Shown: positions 15,090 to 28,185 of the stretch, one piece after another
Numbering within the stretch: position 1 is the first letter of the stretch
How the letters are laid out: the number at the start of each line of letters is the position of its first letter
Source of the DNA: Octopus vulgaris
Taxonomy: Eukaryota
Assembly: GCA_951406725.2 (NCBI GenBank)
Contig: OX597826.1
Location: forward strand, 66,464,001-66,528,000
DNA: 64,000 nucleotides
Direction: 5' to 3'
The notes under the pieces: model-generated
Told to the model about the DNA's origin: nothing
What the model saw: the letters and a program-made list of their open reading frames with translations, nothing else
The model's database searches: none
Program-made: the position numbers and the translations under genes

Positions 15090-15397
15090 CTTCTTCTTCT
15101 TCTTCTTCTTCTTCTTCTTCTTCTTCTTCTTCAAATTTTGTTTCCATTTCTTGCCGAGTGTCTTCTCGACATCTAAGGCAAAGAAACTCACTGTAAACAT
15201 TGGTGGGCCATTAAAATAAACATCCTAGATTGTTCACTTACAATCCATTACATAGAGGCAGAACCATCAAAGCTAATAAACCGGATATTGTTAAGGCTCG
15301 CAAATAATTTTGGCCTTTTCGATCACTTGCGGTCGATGTAATCGATGTGCCCATTCCACGTAAAATTCCAGGCTTTGTGCTTATAATGGAAATAATG

Positions 15398-15450
<53 letters not shown>

Positions 15451-15513
15451 TATCATTATTATTATTATTATTATTATTGTTATTATTATTATTGTTTTTA
15501 TTATTATTATTAT

Positions 15514-16058
15514 TGAGTGAGAGAGCAGTGCATGCCATCAAATTGACACTGGGGTAAAATATACGAAGCCCAGTTTACTCATCATAACTACCCGTCTGAT
15601 AAGGTTACACTAGTCACATGCATCACAGCCATATGTGCACGACATGGTTATCTCATATCAAGATAAACAGCGCATGATCTTCCGGGTGGGGCCTAGTTAG
15701 AATTTTCTTCAGGTCGAGTAGCCCATCCTGCTCAAAAGGTCCCTGAATAAGAGTTGTTTAAGGATGTTGAATGAAACAGCAATGTTTCCAAATGTGAATT
15801 ATCGAAACCCCAAAGAACTCCTCTCAACACATGGCTATGATGTTCGTTCACTACTTCTGCCCGTGATCAGAGATGCACATATCGTCAGCCATTAAGGGAC
15901 ATGCTCAACTGGTTAAGGTCAAACAACCGACAAGCAAATCTGTGGTATTGAGTAGAATATTTGATGTAGCCCATCTTTAATATAAAGACAAACAACGTAC
16001 ATGATGATACTGTTTATCATTTGAGATCAAAAGCCACGAGAGCCACTGCTTGGTATTG

Positions 16059-16060
<2 letters not shown>
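15514..16060 (-). mobile_element. Family F element
   Basis: Matches 51842-52388 along its length; (TTA)n on both sides. Confidence 0.8.
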
Positions 16061-16134
<74 letters not shown>

Positions 16135-16192
16135 ATTATAATTATAATTATTATTATTATTGTTATTGTTATTGTTGTTGTTGTTGTTGTTG

Positions 16193-16247
<55 letters not shown>

Positions 16248-16248
<1 letters not shown>

Positions 16249-17075
16249 TTGAAAGACTCTCGGATAGTTCTTAAATACCGGTTATTCTTTACTCGAAAGC
16301 AGGCAACAAGAAATCACCAAAGGTTCCAAGGAGTGCTTTCTCCTGTGACTCTAAGAGATAATGCTCTCCTCAGAATGCGTGCTGTACCCAAAAATGCTGT
16401 TTTCTGGATCATCTCGAGCCTGATAGACGCTCCAATATTCTTAATATGTCTTTCAAAGCCCTTGGAAACTGCTCCTAATGGTCCAGTTACATCGGGTATC
16501 ACCATTACTTTCCTCATGCCCCATAACCTTATTATCTTGTCCCCCAGTGGCTGGTATTTCTCAGTCTTTTCTGTTTCGTTACATTTCACCCTCGATCGCC
16601 TGATATTGCAATATCTATTGCCTTTACTTCTTTTCCCTCTTTTATGTATGATCACGTTATCAGGTCGTCTCGTCCCAATCACTTGGTCGCACTGCATGTT
16701 AAAATCCCAGAGTATTTTGTAATGTTCGTTTTCCATTACTCCCTCTGGCTTGTGTTCATACCATTGTTCAGCTCTCTCGAGGTTTGCTTTATCACACAAC
16801 AGATAGTGGGCATATCTGGCCATATTGTCGTGTCTCCTTTTATATTCGCGTTGTGCGAGTTTATATTACTCACTAACAATATGGCTTATACTTTCTCCCT
16901 TCTCAGAGCACATCCTACACTATGGCGAGTCAGTGTTTTTATCAATGTGATATTTGGAGTAGTTTGTTCTGAGAGCTTGTTCTTGAGCACTGCACACTGC
17001 GCTCTTTTATGTCTCCTTTCTGTAGTAATTGCCAGGTTTTTTTTCCAACCATTCTCACCTTTATTCTTCAAGAAC
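16248..17075 (-). mobile_element. R4/Dong-clade LINE 3' fragment (zinc knuckle + restriction-like endonuclease)
   Basis: ORF 16314-16823 with WYEHKPEGVMEN, KILWDFNMQCD, RRPD, EKTEKY and LGTARILRRAL. Upstream CRMCSEKGESISHIVSEC. Ends in (TAA)n. Confidence 0.85.
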
Positions 17076-17164
17076 TGACTGTGCGTATAACACCATCATC
17101 AACAACAAGAAGAAAAATAACAACAGCAACAACAACAATAACAACAGCTACAACAATTATTATT

Positions 17165-18355
17165 TTATACGAAAAGTCACAGCTTATTTTGCTGGGTATG
17201 ATGGAAAGTGCCACTTGTTTACTGGTCATGCTTCAAGAACCCTGCGAGGAATTCTTGCAGTTCCAAGCAATGCTGATTTTTGTAGGTGTTCTACCTTCAT
17301 ACTTGCACCCTTTTCACACTTGCAAACCTTTCCAGCCATGCTGGTAGTTGAGTGCTGATCTTCCAAGCGCACCAAATATTATTGTTATCGTGTCTACTCT
17401 CTTCATTGACCACAACTTTCGTATTTCTCACTTCAAATTGTCATAGTTATTTATTTTTTCTTCTTCTTTCACATTGATCCCGTTGTCACCGAGGCATGCT
17501 ATGTCGATTATCATACATGTTCTTTCTTCTTTATTTACCACATCAATGTCCAGTTTCCGATGTCTGGTCGAGTGAGTGCACTGGATCATTGTATCCCACA
17601 GGATTTTGTAATTCTCATTTTCGGCGACTGTTTTTGGAGTTTTCTCATACCACGTCTTTGCTCTTTGTAGGACGTGATTTCCACAGAGCTCCCAATTGAT
17701 CATTCTTGCCGCATAGTCATAGCGTCTTTTGTATTCGCGTTGTGCCAGATTCGGGCATTCATTAACGATGTGCTATACCGTTTCACCCCTCTCACCATAC
17801 GCTCTGCATTTGTCACTATCAGTACTGTTGTCTATTCAGCACTTCATATAGTTGGTCCTTAACGCTTGAACCTGGGCTGCGCATATGAGTGCTTCTGTCT
17901 CTGTCTTCAGGTCACTCCTCCTCATCCATAGCCATCGGTCCTCTTTATCTGTCTTAGCGTTCACGTATCTTGCAAACTGACCATACATTTTCCTTACATG
18001 ACTTTTCTGGTTTTTTTTTTCATTTCTTGTTTAAATTTTTCTTTAATTCCACAATTTCAGTTTTGATAAGGCCGGCCTTTGTGTTTTTCAACAGTGGCTC
18101 CACAGCATTTTTTATAAACCACCCTAAGCTGTTTTCCTCTGCCTCGATGCAGTCTTATTCCACCCTTTCTTCCGAACAAGTACTGCCTATTGGTGTCACT
18201 TTTAGGGTGGAAGGCTCCCTGTACTGTCAACATTTTTCTGGTCTTGGTATCCATTTCCTTCACTTCTCTCTTTTGCCATTTTAGAATTCCCGCTCCATAC
18301 CGAAGTGATGCTGTCGCCCACGTATTAACTGCTTGGATTTTATTCCATCCAGTCA
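17165..18355 (-). mobile_element. Second R4/Dong-clade LINE 3' fragment
   Basis: NKIQAVNTWA..LRYGAGILKW, DTKTRKML..HPKSD, KILWD and IIDIAC..EEKINNY. Flanked by (TAA)n-type repeats. Confidence 0.85.
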
Positions 18356-18429
<74 letters not shown>

Positions 18430-18557
18430 CATTATTATTATAATTATTATTTATATTTTTCCACCGAGGTCGACTTTATCTGTCATTGTTCGAGGTCGAT
18501 AAAAAAAGCACCATTCAAGTACTGGAGTCATTGTAATCGACTAATCTCCACCCCTTA

Positions 18558-18600
<43 letters not shown>

Positions 18601-18740
18601 GAGAGAGAGAGAGAGAGAGAAAGTGTGAGGGGAAAGAGAGAGAGAGAAAGTGTGAGGGGGAAAGAGAGAGAGAGTGGGAGAGTGAAAGAGATGCGTGTGT
18701 GTGTGCGCGCACCCGTGTATGGATGTGAGTGGTTAAACGG

Positions 18741-18937
<197 letters not shown>

Positions 18938-20057
18938 CAATCTAAGCATAGTGTCTTTTTCTTCGTGTAAGTGTGTGTCGGTGGGTGCCAGTGTATATAC
19001 GGACATTCAAGCCCAATCGCTCTCTTTATTTTGCGGGATGGTGCGGATCATATATCTGTTACGAATCTGCGTCTTTCATTTTAATAACGCAAGTGAATTA
19101 GGAATAAGGACTAAGGAATTTATCTACCAGCATACAATACATCCCACGTGCATATGCTAAGTATATAAATACATATACACAGTCACAGACACACATACAC
19201 ACACTCATACATATCCATATATATGTACGCACACACATATATATAGACGCGAAAAACATGTTTACTACACCAATGTAAGTATACTAGCAGACCGGTGTAT
19301 ATTTACTAACCTATATCTATTAACCTATATTTACTAACCTATGTTTGCTAACCTAAAGGATTGTAATTTCCATATATTTTCGCTTTTGCTTTCTGTTCGG
19401 TGGATGGTGGTTTTAAGGGCGGTATTTGACTTACACCGTGTTTACAAAACAATTTGATGGCAAGATGGTTAAGCATGTCGTATGTAGCAGCATTATACAG
19501 ATAGCTTTCTTCTGTAATCTTTTACTCGTTTAAGTCATTGGACTGCAGCCACGCTAGGGCACCCCTTTTCAATACACTCTACAGGCAATGAACACGAGAG
19601 TTTTAATAAACGAGGTTTTAATAAACTTCGTCTTAATTTAGCTCTTAAAAATAAATAAAAGAGTATTGACGCTTCAGATGCTCGTCATTCATCAGATGAA
19701 AAATTTTAGAGAAATGTAAAGGAAGAGAATGAATGAGAAAAAGTGGTTGGCGAGAAAAAATACGAGTGGGTTACGGACACCTGATGACGTTTGCAAATAA
19801 AACCGATCGAAAGATTATGTAAATGCAAATAGTAAAACATTTTTCAATTTTAATGATGATATTAACGGTCTGAAAAAGTATACATAATCTTATAAACAAT
19901 AAACCATCTCATATATTTTGATATTCAATTCTTGCGGTTTGTTTACGAATTCTTGTATTACATAATCTTTGCTTCTGAATTCGTTTGTTATATTACAGTT
20001 TTAAAATAACGTGTTCTCAAAGTATACAAATCTATATCTTCTTCTCCTTCTCTCACC

Positions 20058-20092
<35 letters not shown>

Positions 20093-20097
<5 letters not shown>

Positions 20098-20257
20098 CGC
20101 AGGCGTGGCTGTGTTGTAAGAAGATTGCTTCTCAATCATATGGTACTAGGTTCAATCCCACTGTGTGGCATCTTGTGCAAGTGTCTTCTACCATAGCCTT
20201 GAGCTGACCAAAGTCTTGTGAGTAGATTTGGAAGACGGAAACTGCAAGAAGCCCGTC

Positions 20258-20308
<51 letters not shown>

Positions 20309-20521
20309 AGTGCTTGTGTTTGCACCCACGCCATCACTTGACAACTGATGCTGGTGTGTTTATGTTCTCGTAAATTAGCGGTTCGGCAAAAGAAACCGAT
20401 AGATTAAGTACTAGGCTTACAACGAATAAGTCCTGGGATCGATTTCTTCGATTAAAACCGTTTAAGGTGGTGCTCCAGCATGACCGCATTCAAAATAAGT
20501 GAAACAAGTAAAAGAATAAAA

Positions 20522-20525
<4 letters not shown>
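20093..20525 (+). mobile_element. SINE family B
   Basis: Colinear with 6315-6740. Confidence 0.88.
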
Positions 20526-20579
<54 letters not shown>

Positions 20580-20580
<1 letters not shown>

Positions 20581-20932
20581 TTTATGTGGCACTCCGTCGG
20601 TTACGACAAAGTATGTTCCAGTTGATCCGATCAACGGAAGAGCCTGCTCCTGAAATTAGCGTGCAAGTGGCTGAGCACTCCACAGACACGTGTACCATTA
20701 ACGTAGTTCTCTGTGAGATTCAGTGAGACACAAAGTGTGAGAAGGCTGCCCCCTTGAAATACAAGTACAACAGAAACAGGAAGAAAGAGTGAGAGAAAGT
20801 TGTGGTGAAATAATACAGCAGGGTTCGCCACCAGCCCCTGCGAGAGCCTCGGGGAGCTTTAGGTGTTTTCGCTCAATAAACATTCACAACATCCGGTCTG
20901 AGAAACGAAACCATGACCCTATGACCGCGAGT
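20580..20932 (-). mobile_element. SINE family C2
   Basis: GAGCGAAAACACCTAAAGCTCC...CACCACAACTTTCTCTCACTC body shared with 32779-32955 and 36305-36590. Confidence 0.8.
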
Positions 20933-21130
20933 CAGTTCTATACTTAAGAGATGAGGAATTATGTACATTATTTACATTCGACGGATATTTGTCTTCATCT
21001 TATTTGTTGTTAACACAACGTTTCGGCTGATATATCCTCCAGCTTTCATCAGGTGTCTCGGGGAAATTTCGAACCTGGGTTCTCATTCCGAAGGTATTTT
21101 TTTTCGATGTTGTTATTATTATTATTATTA

Positions 21131-21198
<68 letters not shown>

Positions 21199-21277
21199 GC
21201 TATTCAGGTCACTGCTTGGAATCGAACTCGGAAAATTGGGGTTAGTAGCCCGCGTTCTTAACCACATAGCCCACGGG
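20933..21277 (-). mobile_element. Family E: tRNA-like head + (AAT)n + hammerhead + tail
   Basis: Minus-strand head GTGGTTAAGAACGCGGGCTACTAACCCC...GAGTTCGATTCC (A/B boxes, anticodon-like loop CT-ACT-AA). HHR at 21012-21057; second body copy at 56070-56305. Confidence 0.6.
21012..21057 (-). ncRNA. Minimal type I hammerhead ribozyme motif (family E, copy 1)
   Basis: Minus strand GACAC-CTGATGA-AA-GCTG-gaggatatat-CAGC-C-GAAA-CG-TT-GTGTT. Stem I GACAC/GTGTT, palindromic AACGTT at stem III. Confidence 0.75.
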
Positions 21278-21769
21278 CATATGGTGTAGTGAAATCCGAA
21301 CTCAGAAGAGAGGAGAGCTCAAGGCATCCACAAATTTTGGCTGTTACTCTACCAGTTCCACCACTTAACATTTATTCAAATAGACGCCATATCTTTGATT
21401 TAAAATTCAAATATGTAATCTTTTTTTACTATTCTTTCTCTGTTTCATTCATTCTTTCCTTTTTTATTCTTTCTTCCTCGTTATTATTTCTGTTTATTCT
21501 TCTTTTATTTTCCTCTTCAATCCAGACCTCGTTTATGACACTAAATGACGATGTTTTAAGTTTAAAGTCAAACTTGTGTCCTTTATAAACAACACGTTCA
21601 CTCCATCTTTCGACCGGTTGTTTTTTCTGTTTCCCACCAATTGAAAGTTCAGAAAAAAAACTCATCAATATAGATGGCGTTGCCCCAACATGGCCTCAAA
21701 TAACTGGTTGGAACCAGTCAAATATTCTTTTCTTTTTTTTTCTTTTTTTCTTTTTTACTTTCCTTTTTT

Positions 21770-22081
21770 TTTGTTCTTGCTATACGTTTGTTTAGCATGC
21801 CGGACAAACTGTTTATCAGCCTTCCTTCCGGCTTTACGTTCTGAGTTCAAATTCCGCCTAAGCCGACTTTGACTTTCATCTTTTCGGGGTTGAGTACTGG
21901 GACCTGTGTAATCAACTAGTTTAGCGGCATTTTGATCGTCTTTACGGTTTGTGTTCAAATTCCGCCGAAGTCGACTTTGTCTTTCGGAGTCGATAAAATT
22001 AGTAATAGCTGAGCATTGGGGTCGATGTAATCGACTTAGCCCTCCCCTGAAATTGCTGGCCCCGTGCCAAAATTTGAAAGC

Positions 22082-22152
<71 letters not shown>

Positions 22153-22228
22153 CATCATCATCATCTAAGGCAGCGAGCTGGCAGAATCATTGGCATGCTA
22201 GGCGAAATGCTAAGCGGTATTTCGTCTG
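21770..22228 (+). mobile_element. Cluster of SINE A copies and fragments
   Basis: GTTCAAATTCCGCC...CGACTTTG occurs twice; a new head starts at 22167. Confidence 0.75.
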
Positions 22229-22445
22229 ATGTGTGTTGATATGTAGTATGCGTCTGTGTGTATTTGTGCTTGCGCACACCATCTGTACGTGTGTGTGCGT
22301 ATGTGTTTGTGTTTCATATATGAGTATAGATTAGAACCTTCCATGATTGATATAGAAATAAAACATATAGGGTTTTAAATGAAGATATACTTAGATCTGT
22401 GTTGCTGTAGCTCTATATTATTTTAGCTCTCTCTCTCTCTCTTTG

Positions 22446-22513
<68 letters not shown>

Positions 22514-22516
<3 letters not shown>

Positions 22517-23670
22517 GAGTTGGACAAAATAATGGAAACACCTAGCATCATAGCATCATAATTTTGATTAATATTAGTGTTGCTTGATGTGTTGTGCTAA
22601 AATTGCTGTTTCTTTTCGTATATCATCAGCATAAAGTAATTAAAATTCATTAAGATGACAGTTCTATCGGACTTTCAAAGAGGTCAAATAGTTGGTGCTC
22701 GTATGGCAGGCGCTAGCGTTACGAAAACAGCCGAAATGGTTGGTGCGTCAAGAAGTACTGCCTCGAAAGTAATGACAGCCTTTGAGAAAGGGAAAAAACC
22801 TCCTCGTCGAAACAAAACTCCGGAAGAAAATCAAAACTTTCAGATAGAGACCATCGGACTCTTATGAGAATTGTTAGAAAGGATCACAAAAGTACAGCTC
22901 CCAAAATTACTGCAGAGCTTAATGACCACCTTGAGAACCCAGTTTCCAGAAAAAAATGTTCACGGGGAGCTGCACAAAACCGGATTTCACGGGAGGGCTG
23001 CAATTAGAAAACCACTACTTTCAAAAACAAATGTTGCAGAGCGTTTAGAGTGGAGTAAAAACCTACAGAATTGGTCCCTAGAGCAGTGGAAGAATGTTAT
23101 TTTCAAAAGAAGCATTTTACCCAGACTGCCTTCTTCCAACTGTTAAACATGGAGGAAGATCTGTGATGATCTAGTGGGCTATAGCTTGGAAATCCACCGG
23201 TCCAAGGGTTTTCCTTCATGGCAGAATTAATAGTCAAGAGTATTTAAGCAGTTTATCTGATCAAATTCATCCTATGGTTGCGGAAATGTCTCCGGATGGA
23301 AGCGCAATCTTTCAGGATGATAATGCACCAATTCACACTGCTAAAGTTGTTACTGAATGGCATGAGGAACATTCCAGTGAAACTGAACATCTTATCTGGT
23401 CACCGCTGTCCCCAGATCTCAATATTATTGAACATTTATGGTGCATTTTAAAAAAAAAGGAGTCGGTACCCTCCACCATCATCACTACAAGAACTGGAAA
23501 CTGTTTTAGCTGAAGAATGGACAAAAATTCCTTTGGAAATAATTCAAACTTCGTACGACTCCATACTTCATTGAATTCAAGCTGTAATTACTGCCAAAGC
23601 GGTCCTACCCCATATTAAAATAAATTCGTTTGAAATTTTAAGGTGTTTCCATTATTTTGTCCAACCCCTG
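22514..23670 (+). mobile_element. Tc1-family (DD34E) transposon, decayed
   Basis: ~30-bp TIRs CAGGAGTTGGACAAAATAATGGAAACACCT / AGGTGTTTCCATTATTTTGTCCAACCCCTG with TA flanks. Motifs LSDFQRGQIVG, IFQDDNAPIH and SPDLNIIEHLW; frameshifts and an internal deletion. Confidence 0.93.
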
Positions 23671-23976
23671 TATATATATATCAGCAGAATCGGCATTTGA
23701 TTTAGTTACATACCACATTAGGAACAATATTAATATAAGACAGTATGGCGTTATTTGTTAATAATATATTTGCTATTGCTAGCATGCAGAGCGACTGAAC
23801 AGATTCTTTCCTTCGTTGGCTTGAATGAAATTTAGTTGCTATTGTGCAAGGCCAGGTGAGTTATGTTTTTTAGAAAATTACAATGAAATATGATCTAGTC
23901 GTGACAATCTCGTCATTTTTTTAATACCAGGAGCTATGTTGTTAGATATAGTTTTAAGCCGATAGTATGTGGTCGT

Positions 23977-24306
23977 GAAGGCGCATGGCTCAGTGATTCG
24001 AGCATCGAGCTTACGATCGTGAAGTTTTGAGTTCGATTTCCGGACCGGACTGCGTGTTGTGTTAAGCAAGACACTTTATTTCACGTTGCTCCAGTTCACT
24101 CAGCTGTAGAAATAAGCCTCGACGTCACTGATGCCAAGCTGTATCAGCCTTTGCCTTTCCCTTGGGTAACATCGGTGGCGTGGAGAGGGGAGGCTGGTAT
24201 GCATGGGCGACTACTTCCCTTCCACAAACAACCTTTCCTAGACTTATACCTCGATGGGTAACTTTCTAGGTGCAATCCCATGGTTATTCATGACCAAAGG
24301 GGGTCA
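23977..24306 (+). mobile_element. tRNA-headed SINE family C
   Basis: GGCGCATGGCTCAGTG...GAGTTCGATTTCC head, GCAAGACACTTTATTTCACGTTGCTCCAG body. Copies at 31097-31260 and 40890-41215 (-). Confidence 0.8.
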
Positions 24307-24402
24307 TCCAGTAAGTGGTATGTGAGAGATCTTGCTACTATTTTTAGCAGACTAAGCGACCAGAAAGTATATTCTTCAATATAACCTTTATTTACGATTG
24401 TA

Positions 24403-24612
24403 CGAGGGAGTATTGAAAAGTTCCTGGATGTAAGGGTGTCGCGAAAGGCCTGGTTGGAGGCCCAACCTTCCAAGTTCTTCTACAGGGATTAGAAAAACTA
24501 AAGGACCGCTGCAATAAGTCTGTGAATCTGAGAAGGGAATATATTAAATAAAATCATAACTGATCCCCCTGCCTTTTCTTTTGCTCAAAGCCCCTTTTCA
24601 GCACCCCATCGT
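24403..24612 (+). mobile_element. Mariner-derived MITE
   Basis: Ends CGAGGGAGTATTGAAAAG / CTTTTCAGCACCCCATCG. Retains a transposase C-terminus (GLEKLKDRCNKSVNLRREYIK*). Confidence 0.7.
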
Positions 24613-25157
24613 GGGGTGTAATTTGTGAGAGATATTGTTGCTTTTTCCAGTATGTCTAGCTACGACGTTTAGATGTCTGTTGAAAGAGGTCTTATCGATA
24701 CTTTGTCTCCCTCGCTATCTACCTTAGCTTTTCTATTTCATGTATTGGTTGAACAAACACAGTTTCAGTGTGGATATTTCATCAACGAGGTTGTTACATT
24801 TAGGGCTTGGGTTATGAGCTTTAAGTTATGGAGGTTAATGGAAAGCGAAGTTGCTTTTCATTTTTTTTTTGTTACGTACATACATATTAATGCATTAAGA
24901 TTAAAATAAGAGACATGACTTGAGAAATACATAAAATGTCTCGTTTTTTGGAAACAAGAATTTTGGAAACACAACTTGGTAAACATGCAAAAGAGTGCCC
25001 AAGTTTAACAAGGAGACCCATGGTTGATGGAAATGTTCGACGTTGATGGTAATAGTTCAGCGAAAAACATGTTGATATTATATGTATTTCTCCTCCAAGT
25101 TTCTGTTCAAATCGCTAAGTTCAGCCATACTTGTGTCACATGAAACGGCTGTATACC

Positions 25158-25390
25158 TATTTCTTTACTACCCACAAGGGGCTAAACACAGAGAGGACAA
25201 ACAAGGACAGACAAACGGATTAAGTCGATTATATCGACCCCAGTGCGTAACTGGTATTTAATTTATCGACCCCGAAATGATGAAAGGCAAAGTCGACCTC
25301 GGCGGAATTTGAACTCAGAACGTAACGACAGACGAAATACCACTAAGCATTTCGCCCGGCGTGCTAACGTTTCTGCCAGCTCGCCGCCCT
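25158..25390 (-). mobile_element. SINE family A, full length with 15-bp TSD
   Basis: AAACGGCTGTATACC at 25143-25157 and 25391-25405. Confidence 0.9.
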
Positions 25391-26235
25391 AAACGGCTGT
25401 ATACCATGACTACCTACTTAAGAGTACTAATTCGTCATCTACTCGCAAAATATTTTTCGCCGCAGGTACATTTTGTAGTGTATTTATTTTTATTATCTTT
25501 ACATTACTGTAGGTTTTGTCTGAGCGATACGTCTCGGTCTTCAAAGAATGGTATGAACAGACCTTCTACATCTACTTCTCTCCCTTTCTAACCCTCATAG
25601 ATTCTATGTCCCTATTGAAACGGGATATACTTGTGGTGCTTAGTATATCTCTAGACCTGATGTCTGAAGAGCGGACCTCTTCAAGCAATCAGTCTTGTAT
25701 CACAAATGTTGCTGCTAACATTGTCACTGCAAAAGCATCGTAAGATACAGTCTGATTCAATGCAGACAGCTTTGACTTTCAGACCTCCAAAAGTCAGATA
25801 AACACTGAACATATTCTTTTGTCAATCTGACTTTATGCACGATAGCAACGTATGAAATATTTCTATTAGTTCCAGGATACTTATAAAATTTGACATAGGA
25901 TATAAAGGAGAAAGACTGGACGTTGATATCTTTGATTGGTCAACAATTTATTTTCTCGGTTATCTACTAAATGAGGGCGTTTATCCTGACCAGACTTCTT
26001 TCCTTTGTCTAGTGAGAATGTTGTGACCAGCTCCGGCTCATAAGCTGTGAATATCTCCGGAATGCATCGGCGGAAAAAAGGTGCGGGTGACATTAATTTT
26101 CCATGTAACAAAGCATATGCATATGTATGTATATGTCTGTATACATACATATACATACATACATACATACATACATACATACATACATAAATACATACAT
26201 GCGTACATACATACACACACATATGCATGTATATG

Positions 26236-26283
<48 letters not shown>

Positions 26284-26700
26284 TATGATATATATACACA
26301 CACACACATACAAACACACACACATACATACACACACACATACACACACACACACACACACATATATACATACATATATGTATGTACATATATGTATGGA
26401 GATATGTGTGTGTGTGTGTTTGTATGTGTGTGTGTACATGCGAGTGTGGATATATTTGAGTGAGTATGTATGCATGTAAATATGTATGGTTATGCCTGGT
26501 CGCTCATGTGTGCTACAGGTTAACATAATCTGTTACATGATCACATGCTTGTCGTTCTAAGCAGACATTCCACCAAACTTAACACGCTTGGTGAGGCGGA
26601 TGATTTGTGGACACGCTGCAGGATAAAAAAACACACGAAATAAAGGGTACATGTACTCATCAGAGTCAATGAACTCAACGTCTATCCAATAGTTTGATAG

Positions 26701-26781
<81 letters not shown>

Positions 26782-26807
26782 GTCTGTCTGTCTTGCTCTC
26801 TATATAT

Positions 26808-26856
<49 letters not shown>

Positions 26857-27330
26857 AATATTAAAGGAAATAGAGAAATACAACTAACATATTAAAAATT
26901 TATTTATACTATTATATAATGTAATATATTATAAAAAGATACAATATAAAATAACAAATAATTAAAACAAATATAAATCCAACAATTTGTTTCGATTCAT
27001 ATCCGCAAGTGAATTAATAAAAAAAATCCACATTTTTGCATACTAGTCTCAAAAATTCCATGCAAGGACTGCTAAATTATGAAATAGACTGATTTAAGAT
27101 ATGTCTATGTTTACAAGCATGGGCGTTTTTAATTCAAAAATATAATCAGTACAATAAAAACAACAACAAAATTCATAAAGTAACTAAGTAAAGAAAATTT
27201 ACGGCAGCCATAGAATTTTCTTATGGATCCCCAATAATATTAATCTAAATATATTTTAATCGAAAACAATCCCTGGTTATTCGTGTGTATCCTTTCAAAA
27301 AATATGTTAACCTTTGTACTAAAAGCTCAT

Positions 27331-27457
27331 AAAACCCTGATGAGATTCTTCCCGATATAGTTGAAAATGACGACCAATTTTTAGCATAAGACCTTACCCA
27401 AATGTTTAGAAATACTAATCAGCTAGTGGCACGAACGGAAACATATATGTAGGCTTT
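27331..27457 (+). ncRNA. Hammerhead motif with ~90-nt stem II insertion
   Basis: AAAACC-CTGATGA (27337-27343) ... GAAA (27438-27441)-C-atatat-G-TA-GGCTTT. Palindromic stem III ACATATATGT, stem I 5 of 6 bp. Confidence 0.5.
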
Positions 27458-27979
27458 GGACGTCTGCCATTTCTTTTTATAATATCTTTCTATAATTTTT
27501 ATAACAAACTTTCAACCACATTATATCATACAAATAAATTATTTATACATCCAAATTCTCCATTTTCTTTCTGTCATCATTATTAACAATATATATTACT
27601 ATGATACTCCCTAACATATTGCCGAGACTTTCTCCTTATATGATAGTGATTAACCAGTGCAAGTTTTGGATTATTTAAGGAAATAGTCAACAGGGGTAAG
27701 TAGAGGTTGCTACCGGAAGTCTTCAGCTTTGACCCCTGCACATAGGCAGCCATAAGGCGATTTTGGTTTCTTTGTGTTTCAGCTGTTTTGCTAAACCTTC
27801 ATTCGTCGAAGCCATGAAAGTCCACCGCCTTTAGTCGAACAAATCGACCCCAGGACGTATTCTTTGTAAGCCTAGTACTTATTGTATCGCTCTCTTTTGC
27901 CGAACCGCTAAGTTACATAAACACACCAGCATCGGTTGCAAGCGATGGTGAGGGACAAACACAGACACACAAAAACATA

Positions 27980-28185
27980 CACCGCGTGTGTACCGTTGGC
28001 GATTTTTTCCCGCCGTCTTCCCCTCTCTGGATCTTTCCTTTTCCTATGTTTCTGACGAAGAGCTCCGCTCGAAACGTAAAACCTTCCTTCTTCCCTTCCT
28101 TCCTGAGCGTCCAATAATACTACATTTGTTTCACGTCCTCGCGTTGTTGTGTTTTCTCTTGGTGTTTTCATGTTCGGATTAACTA
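27980..28185 (+). mobile_element. Family D short HHR-bearing element (~200-270 bp, Penelope pLTR/retrozyme-like) nested in SINE B
   Basis: Closely similar copies at 38470-38685 (+), 55635-55900 (+) and 57032-57250 (-). All run into (TA)n, mostly after GGATTAAC. No coding capacity. Confidence 0.7.
28048..28082 (+). ncRNA. Minimal type I hammerhead ribozyme motif (family D, copy 1)
   Basis: GTTT-CTGACGA-A-GAGC-tcc-GCTC-GAAA-CG-TA-AAAC. Stems I and II pair perfectly, core canonical, palindromic ACGT. Confidence 0.75.

Noticed and set aside
16010-16060. Short resemblance of the family F end to U2 snRNA (TGGTATTGCA)
   Set aside because: The match is ~10 nt with no Sm site or branch-point pairing region; likely chance.
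21205-21277. Functional tRNA genes in SINE heads (also 23977, 31097, 36305)
   Set aside because: A and B boxes are present but acceptor stems do not pair and the sequence continues into repeat bodies.
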